Assembly (NCBI GenBank): GCA_026397255.1
Contig: JAPLVF010000013.1
Span: forward strand, 9,481-73,480
Direction: 5' to 3'
DNA: 64,000 nucleotides
From: Candidatus Beckwithbacteria bacterium
GTDB taxonomy: Bacteria; Patescibacteriota; Microgenomatia; UBA1400; CG1-02-47-37
Part shown: positions 1-8,794 of the stretch, piece after piece
Layout of the letters: each line of letters opens with the position of its first letter
Numbering within the stretch: position 1 is the stretch's first letter
Program-made: the position numbers and the translations under genes
Notes under the pieces: generated by a model
Databases searched by the model: none
What the model was told of the DNA's origin: nothing
Seen by the model: the letters and a program-made list of their open reading frames with translations, nothing else

Positions 1-44
1 TTTCTGATTCTTTCATGATAATACTGATGTTGCCATTTTTTCAT
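1..44 (-). CDS. 5' end of a gene running off the left edge (MKKWQHQYYHERIR...), product unknown
   Basis: ATG at 44, 22 nt after the stop of 67..1629, open to the window edge. Confidence 0.45.
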   Translation of the reverse strand, partial: MKKWQHQYYHERIR

Positions 45-66
45 ATTGTGATAAATTTTTGTTTTA

Positions 67-1629
67 TCATATCTTATAGATCAAAAAATTCCTGTTTCTA
101 TAGACAAGTTGGAAATTAAGGGCGGGATGGTTACTGCTAACGATTAAATATTGGAAGGGGTATTGTTGCTGGATTTTGATGAAATCTGATTCACGAAATT
201 GAGTGGAGCTTTTTAAAGCTTCCATTTTATCTTGCCATAATTTGCTATATTCCCAACTATAAAAAACCGCACCCCCATCTTTGAAGTCACCCACAATACT
301 CCTTTCGGAGAAGTTCCTAAAACCGGAAATGTCCGGGGGAATCAAAAAAACCGCAGTTACCGGCGTATTGACCTTGGCCCATTTTTGCACATCCTGCCAA
401 GTATCATAATGGGCCAGACTAACCAAGGGGTTAGGGTAATAAAGATAGTCAGGCAGATTAACTTTGGGTTTAATTAAGAAAAGCATGACTAATAAATGAC
501 CGGTCAGAACCAAAATAATAAAAAGGGGCAGGTAAGAAAATTTCTTCGGCTTTAATCTAAGCAGTTGGGGTTTAACAATCAGCAGAAAGGGCAGAGACCA
601 GATGGCGGCAAAATGCCAAACAGTAAGATGATCTCCCCAAAAATAAACACCGCTAATAGCCAATAAGGTCAATAGTTTAACGAAAAACGGGCCGGTCGTG
701 ACCAGCCGGCAGCAGGCAGCGCTAAAGGCAATCAAGCTGATAATAAAAATAAAATTTATCGACCGCAAGAGTTGGAGTTGAATTAAATCTGCAACCGGAA
801 TGACGGCGCTAATAATAAAATGAAACAAGAACAACCCGGCACAGATTTTTAAAAATAATTTCATTACATAAGCGTATTTAGAAAAAAGTTTATCATTTAG
901 AACCAGCCAGGATGTACCTAACAATGATAAAAATAAACCAAAATTACCCCAACCGCTCCAACGCCAAAGATGAGGAAAACTATAAGTGCCGCGGGCACGT
1001 AAAGTCTCCAGCCAAGCTTGATTTTGCCCTAAATTTATAAAAGCAAAAAGAGGAAACTTTTTTTGTTTTTTTAGCATTAGCCACAACCACAGCAGGCCGA
1101 CGGGTATGGGAATTGACGGATTAGTGAAGGCCCCTAAAAGAATCAATAATAAACCGGAAATGAATTTCCGACGCAAAATAAAGCTTAAGGCCAGTAAAGA
1201 CAGCGCCAGACTAAGATCTCGGCTGACAAAATAAAAATGATGGGTCATGTAGCCGATTTGGGCGGCCCATTTGGGTAAAATAAATAAAAATACGGCTAAA
1301 AATCCAATCATCGATTGTCGATAGATGGTTTTGGCCAAATAAAAGACAGAGAGATAAAGCAACCATAAGCTTAACAAATAAAGAAGCAGGTGCGTCCAGG
1401 CTAAATTAAGACCGCTAATTTTGCTTAACAATACCGGAACGTAATTAAAAAGAGAATAGCTAGCATGGGGTTGGGAAAAATAATAGTCATTAGGATAAAG
1501 AGAGGGGTTGAGCAGCTTGTTTAAATAAGGCAGGTAGTGATCGTGATCCAAAACGCTAAAATAATAGCCGGTTAATAAGGGGCTGATAAGGGTGAGGACT
1601 GTGACCCAAATAATGTCTTTTGGTTTCAT
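67..1629 (-). CDS. Polytopic membrane protein, GT-C-like, with DUF6798-like C-terminal domain
   Basis: Many TM segments, early acidic DHDHY loop, C-terminal WAKVNTP...FLIPP...FRNFSERS. Confidence 0.7.
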   Translation of the reverse strand: MKPKDIIWVTVLTLISPLLTGYYFSVLDHDHYLPYLNKLLNPSLYPNDYYFSQPHASYSLFNYVPVLLSKISGLNLAWTHLLLYLLSLWLLYLSVFYLAKTIYRQSMIGFLAVFLFILPKWAAQIGYMTHHFYFVSRDLSLALSLLALSFILRRKFISGLLLILLGAFTNPSIPIPVGLLWLWLMLKKQKKFPLFAFINLGQNQAWLETLRARGTYSFPHLWRWSGWGNFGLFLSLLGTSWLVLNDKLFSKYAYVMKLFLKICAGLFLFHFIISAVIPVADLIQLQLLRSINFIFIISLIAFSAACCRLVTTGPFFVKLLTLLAISGVYFWGDHLTVWHFAAIWSLPFLLIVKPQLLRLKPKKFSYLPLFIILVLTGHLLVMLFLIKPKVNLPDYLYYPNPLVSLAHYDTWQDVQKWAKVNTPVTAVFLIPPDISGFRNFSERSIVGDFKDGGAVFYSWEYSKLWQDKMEALKSSTQFRESDFIKIQQQYPFQYLIVSSNHPALNFQLVYRNRNFLIYKI

Positions 1630-2723
1630 AATGATCTAAGTAAACTGATTTCTTTTTTAATGATGGTTTGATTATTAAATCGGTGAAGAACAGTCTGACG
1701 GGCTTGTAAGCTTATGTTTTTCGCTTTTTCTGGCTGATCAATTAAACTTTGAATTCCCTGTGTTAAACCTAAAATAGTATTTTCTACCAATAAACCATCT
1801 TTGTTGTTACTAATAATAAACTGGCTGTAAGGTTTGTCAGCGACCACGCAAGAAAGACCGCAAGCCATCGCCTCGAGCAAAGCCTTGGGGCTGCCTTCAT
1901 GAAGTGAGGCCATGATAAAAATATCACCGGACTGCAAAAGTTTTGCCACTTGATCGTGAGGCAAGGAGGGAATAATTCTCAAATTAACGGATAAATCTTT
2001 AGCCAGAGCCTTTAATTTTTCCTCTAACCTGCCGTTGCCGACAATTGTCAGCCGGATTGGTCGCTGGGTTTTTACCTGACTGACTGCCTTAATAACTGCT
2101 TCAAAGTTTTTCTGATAAACCAACCGGCCGACAGAGATGATTTCCAGATATTTTCCCGGTTTTTTCTTTTGCGGTTTAAAAAGAGCGGTATCCACCCCGT
2201 TGGGAAGCAAAACCAATTTATTTTTAGGGATTATCCGAGAGACTTTATCATACATTTCCGGGTTAGTGACAATAACCCGATCGCTAAATTTCAAGCCAAA
2301 ATATTCCGTCAATTTAATAAACGGAGGGATTAAATGATGATCTTCTTTTTTGGCAAAATAAGTATAATCATAACCGTAAGTACTGACTAAAATGGTCGGC
2401 CATAAAATTTTGGCAATTATTCCCGGCCAAATTCCTAATATTTGTTTAACTCTTAAAACCTGACACGATTTTAATTGCTTAAAGTAAATAAAAGGAATTA
2501 AAAAAGTATAAATAAATCTTGGTAGCCCGGTTTTATTAACAAATAGTTGAATATATTTGGGGAAGGGGTTAGGTTCGTCATCATAGGAAAAAACAAAGGG
2601 CCGGCCAAAGGCCGGTAAATAATATTTTAAATAATTGTTAAACCAATGAATGTCCCGACCGCTTTGACGATAGGTTTTAAAACTGTCTCCCAAGTTTAGT
2701 AGAATCCCCAACTGAGGTTTCAT
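1626..2723 (-). CDS. Glycosyltransferase family 4
   Basis: PNGVD, VGRL...KN, EGSPKALLEAMACG motifs. Confidence 0.92.
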   Translation of the reverse strand: MKPQLGILLNLGDSFKTYRQSGRDIHWFNNYLKYYLPAFGRPFVFSYDDEPNPFPKYIQLFVNKTGLPRFIYTFLIPFIYFKQLKSCQVLRVKQILGIWPGIIAKILWPTILVSTYGYDYTYFAKKEDHHLIPPFIKLTEYFGLKFSDRVIVTNPEMYDKVSRIIPKNKLVLLPNGVDTALFKPQKKKPGKYLEIISVGRLVYQKNFEAVIKAVSQVKTQRPIRLTIVGNGRLEEKLKALAKDLSVNLRIIPSLPHDQVAKLLQSGDIFIMASLHEGSPKALLEAMACGLSCVVADKPYSQFIISNNKDGLLVENTILGLTQGIQSLIDQPEKAKNISLQARQTVLHRFNNQTIIKKEISLLRSL

Positions 2724-2727
2724 AAGC

Positions 2728-3792
2728 TTATTTTAACCGCAAATGGCAACAACCGACACACTGAGTCCGGAATTTTCCCGCCTTAATCTGTTGCCGGAAC
2801 CTTCGGTAAACGGAATTATTCCACAACTTCATAAACGGAGTGTCTAAAACTGAGCCGATTTTTAAGTTAAAACAGGGGTAGACATCGCCGAAAGGAGAAA
2901 TCCTCGCCAAATGAAAGATTTTATTACAATAAAGACGGCTTAAATCGACTTTGCCGGAATAATAATCAACAACTTCTGGTAAAGACAGGCTGGGCGAGAA
3001 ACTTAATCTAACGCCAAGTTTTTCAGCGGTTATCATGGCCAACTGCAAGCTTTTTGCTAATTTTGTTTTGGGAAGTTTTAAAAGTTTCTGACAGTAATCT
3101 ATTTTTAAATGTCGTAAATTTGGATGTAAATCGTAGCCGGAACGATCTAAGGACGGGTCAAGCAGCTGAAAGTTAAGCCAGTCAACTTTTAAGTCTTTGG
3201 CCAATTTAACTGTTTGATCCAAGAGTGGATAGTTTTGCGGTAAAATTAAAGAATTCATTGTAATCGTCGGCGTTGGTTTATTCTGTTGTTGTTTTTCCAG
3301 CTGAATCAGCTTTAAACTATGCAGTGTTTTTTTAAAACTGCCTTTGCCCCGACCTTGGTCATGAATCGCCGCTGTCGGTCCGTCAAGGGAAAACATCAAG
3401 GTATCCAAATCGAAGCTAATCAAAGCTTTAATCTGCTCTTTAGTAGCGGCGGTTAAGTTGGAAATCATGCCGACACGGTGCTTTTTCTTAGCATAAGCAA
3501 CAATGGTTAAAATATCTTTATGAATTAACGGCTCACCACCAGTAAAAGACAAAGCAGTTTGAGCGGGAACCTGATCAATGACTTTTAAAATTTCCAGAGT
3601 TAATAACTGTTTCCGTCGGGTAATTTTTTTCACCACTTCTTCCTGACGCAGATAGCAAAAAGTGCAGTTTAAATTACAGCCATAAAGGATTTCAAAAACC
3701 ACATTGATGGGAAATGGCGACCAACCGTTAGGCCAAAAAGAGAAAAATTGCTCGTAAACCGGGGCTAACTTTCTTTTAATTACTTGGAGCAT
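2728..3792 (-). CDS. Radical SAM protein with SPASM/twitch domain
   Basis: CNLNCTFC, FTGGEP, SLDG, C-terminal C...GDVYPC...CVGCC. Confidence 0.92.
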   Translation of the reverse strand: MLQVIKRKLAPVYEQFFSFWPNGWSPFPINVVFEILYGCNLNCTFCYLRQEEVVKKITRRKQLLTLEILKVIDQVPAQTALSFTGGEPLIHKDILTIVAYAKKKHRVGMISNLTAATKEQIKALISFDLDTLMFSLDGPTAAIHDQGRGKGSFKKTLHSLKLIQLEKQQQNKPTPTITMNSLILPQNYPLLDQTVKLAKDLKVDWLNFQLLDPSLDRSGYDLHPNLRHLKIDYCQKLLKLPKTKLAKSLQLAMITAEKLGVRLSFSPSLSLPEVVDYYSGKVDLSRLYCNKIFHLARISPFGDVYPCFNLKIGSVLDTPFMKLWNNSVYRRFRQQIKAGKFRTQCVGCCHLRLK

Positions 3793-3837
3793 AAAGATGA
3801 ATATAAGTCTAAATGAGTCTCTAAAATTTGTCCACGC

Positions 3838-3885
3838 TCAAATGATTAAAGTGTCTCCCGGTGATAAAAATAAACCTAAATTCAT
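3838..3885 (-). pseudogene. 15-codon 5' remnant of a GT4 gene (MNLGLFLSPGDTLII*)
   Basis: ATGA overlap with the stop of 3882..4658; peptide resembles the N-terminus of 1626..2723 (QLGILLNLGDSF). Confidence 0.5.
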
Positions 3886-4658
3886 AAGGATTTTTTAATA
3901 ACTATTCTAAACCCGGTTGATTCATTAATATTTTGGCCGGCTTTGGCTTTTTTATATAAAGCAATTTTTGAGTATAAGCGCAAAGATAATCCGCCCAATA
4001 AATCAATAAAGCCGATCCAAGGTGAATCATAAGTCACCGCTCTGAGGCTGATAATGTCAAAACCGGCTCTTTTAAGGATATTTTTAGCCTGAGCTAAAGA
4101 ATACTCAATTTTATGGTCCGGGTCGGCAAACGGGTTTAAGCCGACTTTTTTTTGCAGCTGCTTCCAGGAAGTATTGAGATTAGGAATAGCAATAAAAGCC
4201 AAACCCCGGGGCTTTAATAACCGCCGAATTGAGGCTAATAACTGATTTCGTCTAATAATGTGCTCTAAAACATCCAAGCAAAGAATTTTGTCAAATGACT
4301 GGTCTTTAAATTTTAATTTTTGCTCTAAATTAAATTGTCTAAAAACAACATTGGTAATATGCTTATCAGCGGCGGAATTTCTAGCAATGGTGAGTTGTTT
4401 TCGGTCATAATCCAAACCGATAATTTTCCGGCATTTAACGGCAGTCTTTAAAGTGTGCTGACCGTTATGACAGCCAAGGTCCAAAACCACATCCTGCCGG
4501 TTAATATCCGCCAAATACCAGAGCGGCTCGATGTTAATCAAATGTTTTGGGTGAATGGCATATTTACTTTTACCGGTAAGCTGCACCAGTCTCATGGAAA
4601 CAGCGGACAGGACTTTAGTTTTTTTTATTAACCAAACAAAAGGATAAAGTAATTTCAT
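3882..4658 (-). CDS. Class I SAM-dependent methyltransferase
   Basis: VLDLGCHNG, FD.ILCLDVLEH, LKPRG. Confidence 0.9.
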   Translation of the reverse strand: MKLLYPFVWLIKKTKVLSAVSMRLVQLTGKSKYAIHPKHLINIEPLWYLADINRQDVVLDLGCHNGQHTLKTAVKCRKIIGLDYDRKQLTIARNSAADKHITNVVFRQFNLEQKLKFKDQSFDKILCLDVLEHIIRRNQLLASIRRLLKPRGLAFIAIPNLNTSWKQLQKKVGLNPFADPDHKIEYSLAQAKNILKRAGFDIISLRAVTYDSPWIGFIDLLGGLSLRLYSKIALYKKAKAGQNINESTGFRIVIKKSL

Positions 4659-5836
4659 GTTAAGCGGCGATAAAGAGCTAAATACTGGTTAATAATTTGT
4701 TGGCGGTTAAAGCGTGTTTGTAATAATTCTAAACTTTTTTGGGAAAATTGTGTTGTATTTTTCATGGCCTTAACTAATGCCTCTGCCACCTGGTCAGGTT
4801 TTTCCGGATCAACTAAATAACCATTGTCTTTCACCAGCTCCTGGTTACCACCGCGATTGGAGGCGACGATCGGTAAGCCGAAACTTAACGCTTCCAAGCC
4901 GGCGCGGGACAACGGTTCCGGCCAGCGGGAAAGAATCGCAAAGGCACTTGCCTGTTCATATAATTTCAAAGTTTGCTCATGGCTTAACTTGCCTAAATAT
5001 TTACAGTTCTTGGGAAACTCGGACTTAAAACTGGGGTTAATGTTACCGCAAAAAATAAATTGGTATTGAGGTAATTGTTCGGCGGCCTTAATTAAACAAT
5101 CCGTACCTTTGCCAAAAGACAACTTTCCTACTGATAGAATCATCCTTTTATTCTGGCTATAGCCCTGAGTTTGTCGGGGGCCATGGCCCTGAGCTTGTCG
5201 AAGGGGAGGCAAATTGTAAATCCAACTAACTTTTTTTACTCCATTATCCTGGTAGATTTTAGCTAACTGGGGCGAAACCGCAATTACTTGCTGGCAGCGG
5301 TTTAAAAACCACTTCAGTTTATACTGCCATAACTTGGCCAGAACCAGTTTCCACTTGGCCGTTCCGCCGTATCTTGACTGATATTCAGGAATCTCTTTAT
5401 TAATGTAATAGCCAAAACCACATTTTTTTTGCTGTTGGGTAAAGCATAAGGCTAAAGGGCATAAAAACTTAAAGTCGCGCACCGTCGCTACCACCGGCTT
5501 ATGGGTCAGCCAGCCAGCTAAAACTGCTCCGGGTAAAATATACTTACCGTGAACATGAATTAAGTCAATCTTTTTTTGCCTGATAGTTTTAATAATAAAA
5601 TAAGCTGAATAAAACCAGAAAAAAGGATTATTAAACCAAAGCGGCGATAAAATCCGGCCGGGTTTAATTTTTTTAGGAAAGGGGAATTTTAAATCGGGTG
5701 ATCGACCGCCTAAGTCAGGCGACAAAATAACCACTTTAATCCTGCGGCGTAGGCCTTCGGCTAAAGCGTGCAGGCTGTATTCAGCGCCGGAAACAGCATG
5801 CGGATAAGCGTATTCACTTAAAAAAATAATATTCAT
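4655..5836 (-). CDS. Glycosyltransferase family 4 with an in-frame repeat insertion
   Basis: SGAE, SVGKL..GKG, EPLSRAGLEALSFG. Confidence 0.9.
   Translation of the reverse strand: MNIIFLSEYAYPHAVSGAEYSLHALAEGLRRRIKVVILSPDLGGRSPDLKFPFPKKIKPGRILSPLWFNNPFFWFYSAYFIIKTIRQKKIDLIHVHGKYILPGAVLAGWLTHKPVVATVRDFKFLCPLALCFTQQQKKCGFGYYINKEIPEYQSRYGGTAKWKLVLAKLWQYKLKWFLNRCQQVIAVSPQLAKIYQDNGVKKVSWIYNLPPLRQAQGHGPRQTQGYSQNKRMILSVGKLSFGKGTDCLIKAAEQLPQYQFIFCGNINPSFKSEFPKNCKYLGKLSHEQTLKLYEQASAFAILSRWPEPLSRAGLEALSFGLPIVASNRGGNQELVKDNGYLVDPEKPDQVAEALVKAMKNTTQFSQKSLELLQTRFNRQQIINQYLALYRRLT
5155..5205. repeat. Two tandem 24-bp units containing the CCCTGAGCTTGTCGAAGGG-type palindromic element, in frame
   Basis: GGCTATAGCCCTGAGTTTGTCGGG then GGCCATGGCCCTGAGCTTGTCGAA(GGG); encodes LRQAQGHGPRQTQGYS. 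Confidence 0.8.
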
Positions 5837-6585
5837 TTTAAAAGAGTGATAAAATTTTGTCCGCCTTTAATTCTTCCAGAACCATCAGAAACATTTTTAT
5901 AAGATGTGCCTGTGGCTAAGATTTTAAAGCCAAGTTTGCGGCAAATTTGTTTCATTTTGGAAACACGAATGACTAGGCTGGTTTGATTGACAGGAGCGGT
6001 AGTAATTTCTTTATAGCCTTTAAGGAAAAAGCGGATTTGATCCAGGGGATTTAATTTTGAAAATTTACCAAAATACAATTGAGCCACTCCGCCAACTTTA
6101 AGACAACGACGGGTTTCTTTAAGATAACTAGTTAAATTCTCATAATTTGGCAAGTGTTGAAGGACAATAAATGAATAGATAAAATCAAGACTGTCGGAAG
6201 CAACAGCAATTGAACAACCGGAGGTGGTAAGAAGTTTAAAATTTGTTTTACCCTGAGAGGTTAAAAATTTAATAACGGTGTTTTTTTCTTCATGAATGTC
6301 AATACCAACCACTTGTTTAAAATAACTACAGGCAGCATTAAGAATTCTCCCCCCGCCATAGCCTATTTCTAAAGCAATTTTTTCTTCGGGATTGTTAAGA
6401 TGTCTACAGACCGTTTGAGTGAGAATATGAAAAGTTAAATCCCAATAACCTCTCTTGATTGATTCATTAATATCTTTTGATTTATCAAACCACGCCTGAA
6501 ATGCAGCCATGCCTTTTTTTTTACTGGCTTTAATGGCTTGGCTGTATTTTTTTCTATGCTTAATTAAATCTGAAGACTGACTCAT
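5833..6585 (-). CDS. Class I SAM-dependent methyltransferase
   Basis: ALEIGYGGGR, GIDI, DFIYSFIVLQH, LKVGG. Confidence 0.88.
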   Translation of the reverse strand: MSQSSDLIKHRKKYSQAIKASKKKGMAAFQAWFDKSKDINESIKRGYWDLTFHILTQTVCRHLNNPEEKIALEIGYGGGRILNAACSYFKQVVGIDIHEEKNTVIKFLTSQGKTNFKLLTTSGCSIAVASDSLDFIYSFIVLQHLPNYENLTSYLKETRRCLKVGGVAQLYFGKFSKLNPLDQIRFFLKGYKEITTAPVNQTSLVIRVSKMKQICRKLGFKILATGTSYKNVSDGSGRIKGGQNFITLLK

Positions 6586-7682
6586 AATTGATTAAATATC
6601 TTTAGCTGAGTTTTAATATTTTTCCTCCAAGTGAATTTATTAATAACATATTTTAAGGCTATTTTGCCCATTTTTTGCCGTAAATCCGGTGATTTAATTA
6701 ATTGAAGTATTTTTTCCACCCAATCATTAACATCCCCTGGTTTAGCTAAAAATCCTGTTTGGCCATCTTGAATAATCTCTCTTATTGAAGAATTATTATT
6801 GCCAATCACCGGGATACCACAGGCGCCGGCTTCAGTCAAAGTCATACCAAAACCTTCTTTTGAAGAAGGTAAAACCAGAATGTCAGCTAAACGGTAAAGT
6901 AATACTTTGTCAGATTCCGGAACAAAACCGGTAAATTTGACTCTATCAGTTAAACCTAAATTCTGAACCTGTAATTTTAATGATTTTTCCAATGGGCCTG
7001 TGCCGGCATAAATTAAAACTGTGTTTTTGTTGCCAATTTTGTCTAAAACTGTTAGTAAAAATGCCGGATTCTTCCGCTGTTTTAACCCACCGACAAATAA
7101 AATCACGAAATTACCTGCCAAATCCCAGTGATCAATAAGTTTTTGGGGTTTTGGACCAGGCTGGAATTCCTTGCCAACGCCATCATAAATTACAGAAATT
7201 TTTTCTTCCGGATAGTTTAATCTTGTAATAATTTCGTTTTTAGTAAAATGGCTAACGGCAATAAGGTGATCAAAATTCCTGATGACGATTTTATCAATTA
7301 AGTGATTAATACCCTCTTCCAGGTGATGATAGGTAGCGATAACCGGTACCTGAGGATAAAGTTTTTTAAAAACGCTGGCAGCCGGACCGACAAAATAAGG
7401 GTTATGGACGCGTAAAATATCAAATTTTTCTGCTTTATAAGTTTTAATTAAATACGGCAGGACAAAAGCAGAAAATACATGGGGCGGAAACATGGGTTTA
7501 ATCGGGGCATATGCTACAGTTAAGTTTTTGTGTTTCAGATATGGCCGGTTTTTGGGCAGTAAGCTGAAAACTTTAACCCCTGCCTGGCAAAGCCGGTTAA
7601 TTACTTCCCGGTCATAAACTTCCCCGCCGGAATTACTTTCCGGACTTAATCCCAGCTCTGGTGAACAAATTTTTAAACCCAT
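6582..7682 (-). CDS. Glycosyltransferase family 4
   Basis: GGE, FVGGL..RKN, EGFGMTLTEAGACG. Confidence 0.93.
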   Translation of the reverse strand: MGLKICSPELGLSPESNSGGEVYDREVINRLCQAGVKVFSLLPKNRPYLKHKNLTVAYAPIKPMFPPHVFSAFVLPYLIKTYKAEKFDILRVHNPYFVGPAASVFKKLYPQVPVIATYHHLEEGINHLIDKIVIRNFDHLIAVSHFTKNEIITRLNYPEEKISVIYDGVGKEFQPGPKPQKLIDHWDLAGNFVILFVGGLKQRKNPAFLLTVLDKIGNKNTVLIYAGTGPLEKSLKLQVQNLGLTDRVKFTGFVPESDKVLLYRLADILVLPSSKEGFGMTLTEAGACGIPVIGNNNSSIREIIQDGQTGFLAKPGDVNDWVEKILQLIKSPDLRQKMGKIALKYVINKFTWRKNIKTQLKIFNQL

Positions 7683-7688
7683 TCCCTT

Positions 7689-7703
7689 ATTTTACTGTAC
7701 TTC
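7689..7703 (-). promoter_or_regulatory. Putative -10 region of the GT4 operon; partial copy of the 30-bp hotspot repeat
   Basis: Minus strand GAAGTACAG-TAAAAT-N6-ATG; 14/15 match to 8764..8778. Confidence 0.55.
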
Positions 7704-7705
7704 TC

Positions 7706-8356
7706 TTAATCTTTAAATGTTGCGCTGGCATTACCGTACAAAACCTGGCTCTTATAATTACTCCAAAGCCAGCGGCTAACATATCTTCTCCGGTACGAAG
7801 CAGTAGCGCTAGTCATTTTTCGGTAATTTTTCAGCATCGCTTGCCTGGACCGATCCTGCGCTTGCCGGGCGGTTTGCCCTTTTATTAGAGTAGTAACCAC
7901 TAAGTTTGACGGTACAAGAAATAATTTAGCCATTGAATCAGTCAATGGCCTAGTGCGTTTATCGGAATCATAGCCTAAAATAAATTTTTGGTTATAACCG
8001 ATAAAGGCTTTAGCTCCCTCTTTGATTAATACTTTACCCAAAGTAATCCCGGCATCACAGCTCCGGGCATAAATGATTGTTCCGGCCACTGCCGATTTTT
8101 TGCCGGTTTCCAAAAGCGGTTCAAAATCCTGACCGGTAATGGTTGTGCTATTGCCATGACCGTTCAAAAACAGAATCGCGGGCTGGTTAGATTTAAGACA
8201 ACTGTCAAAATTCTTTTTATTGGCCTTCTTTCCGGCCAAGTCATAAACAGCGAATAATTTTTGTTTGGCGGCTTTGATTACCAAAGTTGACCAATAATAC
8301 AAATAGTTAGTTGCCTCATCATGATTGGATCTTGTTACCAGAAGTGATTTACTCAT
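7706..8356 (-). CDS. Clan CD (caspase/gingipain C25-like fold) cysteine peptidase
   Basis: Hydrophobic strand-NGHG and IIYARSC (His-Cys dyad), then GAKAFIGY and C-terminal VLYGN; no signal peptide. Confidence 0.7.
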   Translation of the reverse strand: MSKSLLVTRSNHDEATNYLYYWSTLVIKAAKQKLFAVYDLAGKKANKKNFDSCLKSNQPAILFLNGHGNSTTITGQDFEPLLETGKKSAVAGTIIYARSCDAGITLGKVLIKEGAKAFIGYNQKFILGYDSDKRTRPLTDSMAKLFLVPSNLVVTTLIKGQTARQAQDRSRQAMLKNYRKMTSATASYRRRYVSRWLWSNYKSQVLYGNASATFKD

Positions 8357-8561
8357 TTTGGTAAATTGCCCCGGATACCAAATCTTTCAAATATTCGAGC
8401 TCTACCCGCATTATTGTTTTTCCGATTTCATCTTCTTGTTCAATGTGTTTAATTACCGCCTGCTTATTCAGCCTATTTCCGCCAATTGCCATATTAAGAT
8501 TTTCCGGCATTAATTTAGCCCGAGCCAAGGCAATTTTTTTTATTTCATCTTTCGCTCTCAT
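8349..8561 (-). CDS. Small hypothetical protein (70 aa), probable paralogue of 8558..8743
   Basis: Overlaps both neighbours; MP...I...L...IEQ.DEIGK.I pattern. Confidence 0.75.
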   Translation of the reverse strand: MRAKDEIKKIALARAKLMPENLNMAIGGNRLNKQAVIKHIEQEDEIGKTIMRVELEYLKDLVSGAIYQNE

Positions 8562-8743
8562 TTGAGAATTTTTAGTTTAGTTAATATTTCTAAAATCTCT
8601 TTTCCGACCGGCGTGTTTTGTTCGACTTCCAAGTGGGCGGCATTCCAGGTTAACGGTTCGTTAGCAATAACAACGACTATTTCGTTTCTGATAGACAAGG
8701 GCAAATTAGCATAGATTTTCAAAAAATCTGTTCTCTTATCCAT
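8558..8743 (-). CDS. Small hypothetical protein (61 aa)
   Basis: TGCTATAAT-N6-ATG upstream; LP...I...L...VEQ.TPVGK.I pattern; ATGA-coupled to the next gene. Confidence 0.75.
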   Translation of the reverse strand: MDKRTDFLKIYANLPLSIRNEIVVVIANEPLTWNAAHLEVEQNTPVGKEILEILTKLKILK

Positions 8744-8764
8744 GTAAAAAATTATAGCACAAAA

Positions 8765-8794
8765 TTTTACTTTACTTCCCGGCTCTTTTCACTT
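8765..8794. repeat. 30-bp direct repeat, copy A (promoter-like)
   Basis: TTTTACTTTACTTCCCGGCTCTTTTCACTT, identical to 10662..10691; minus strand reads GTGAAA-N17-TAAAAT. Confidence 0.9.
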
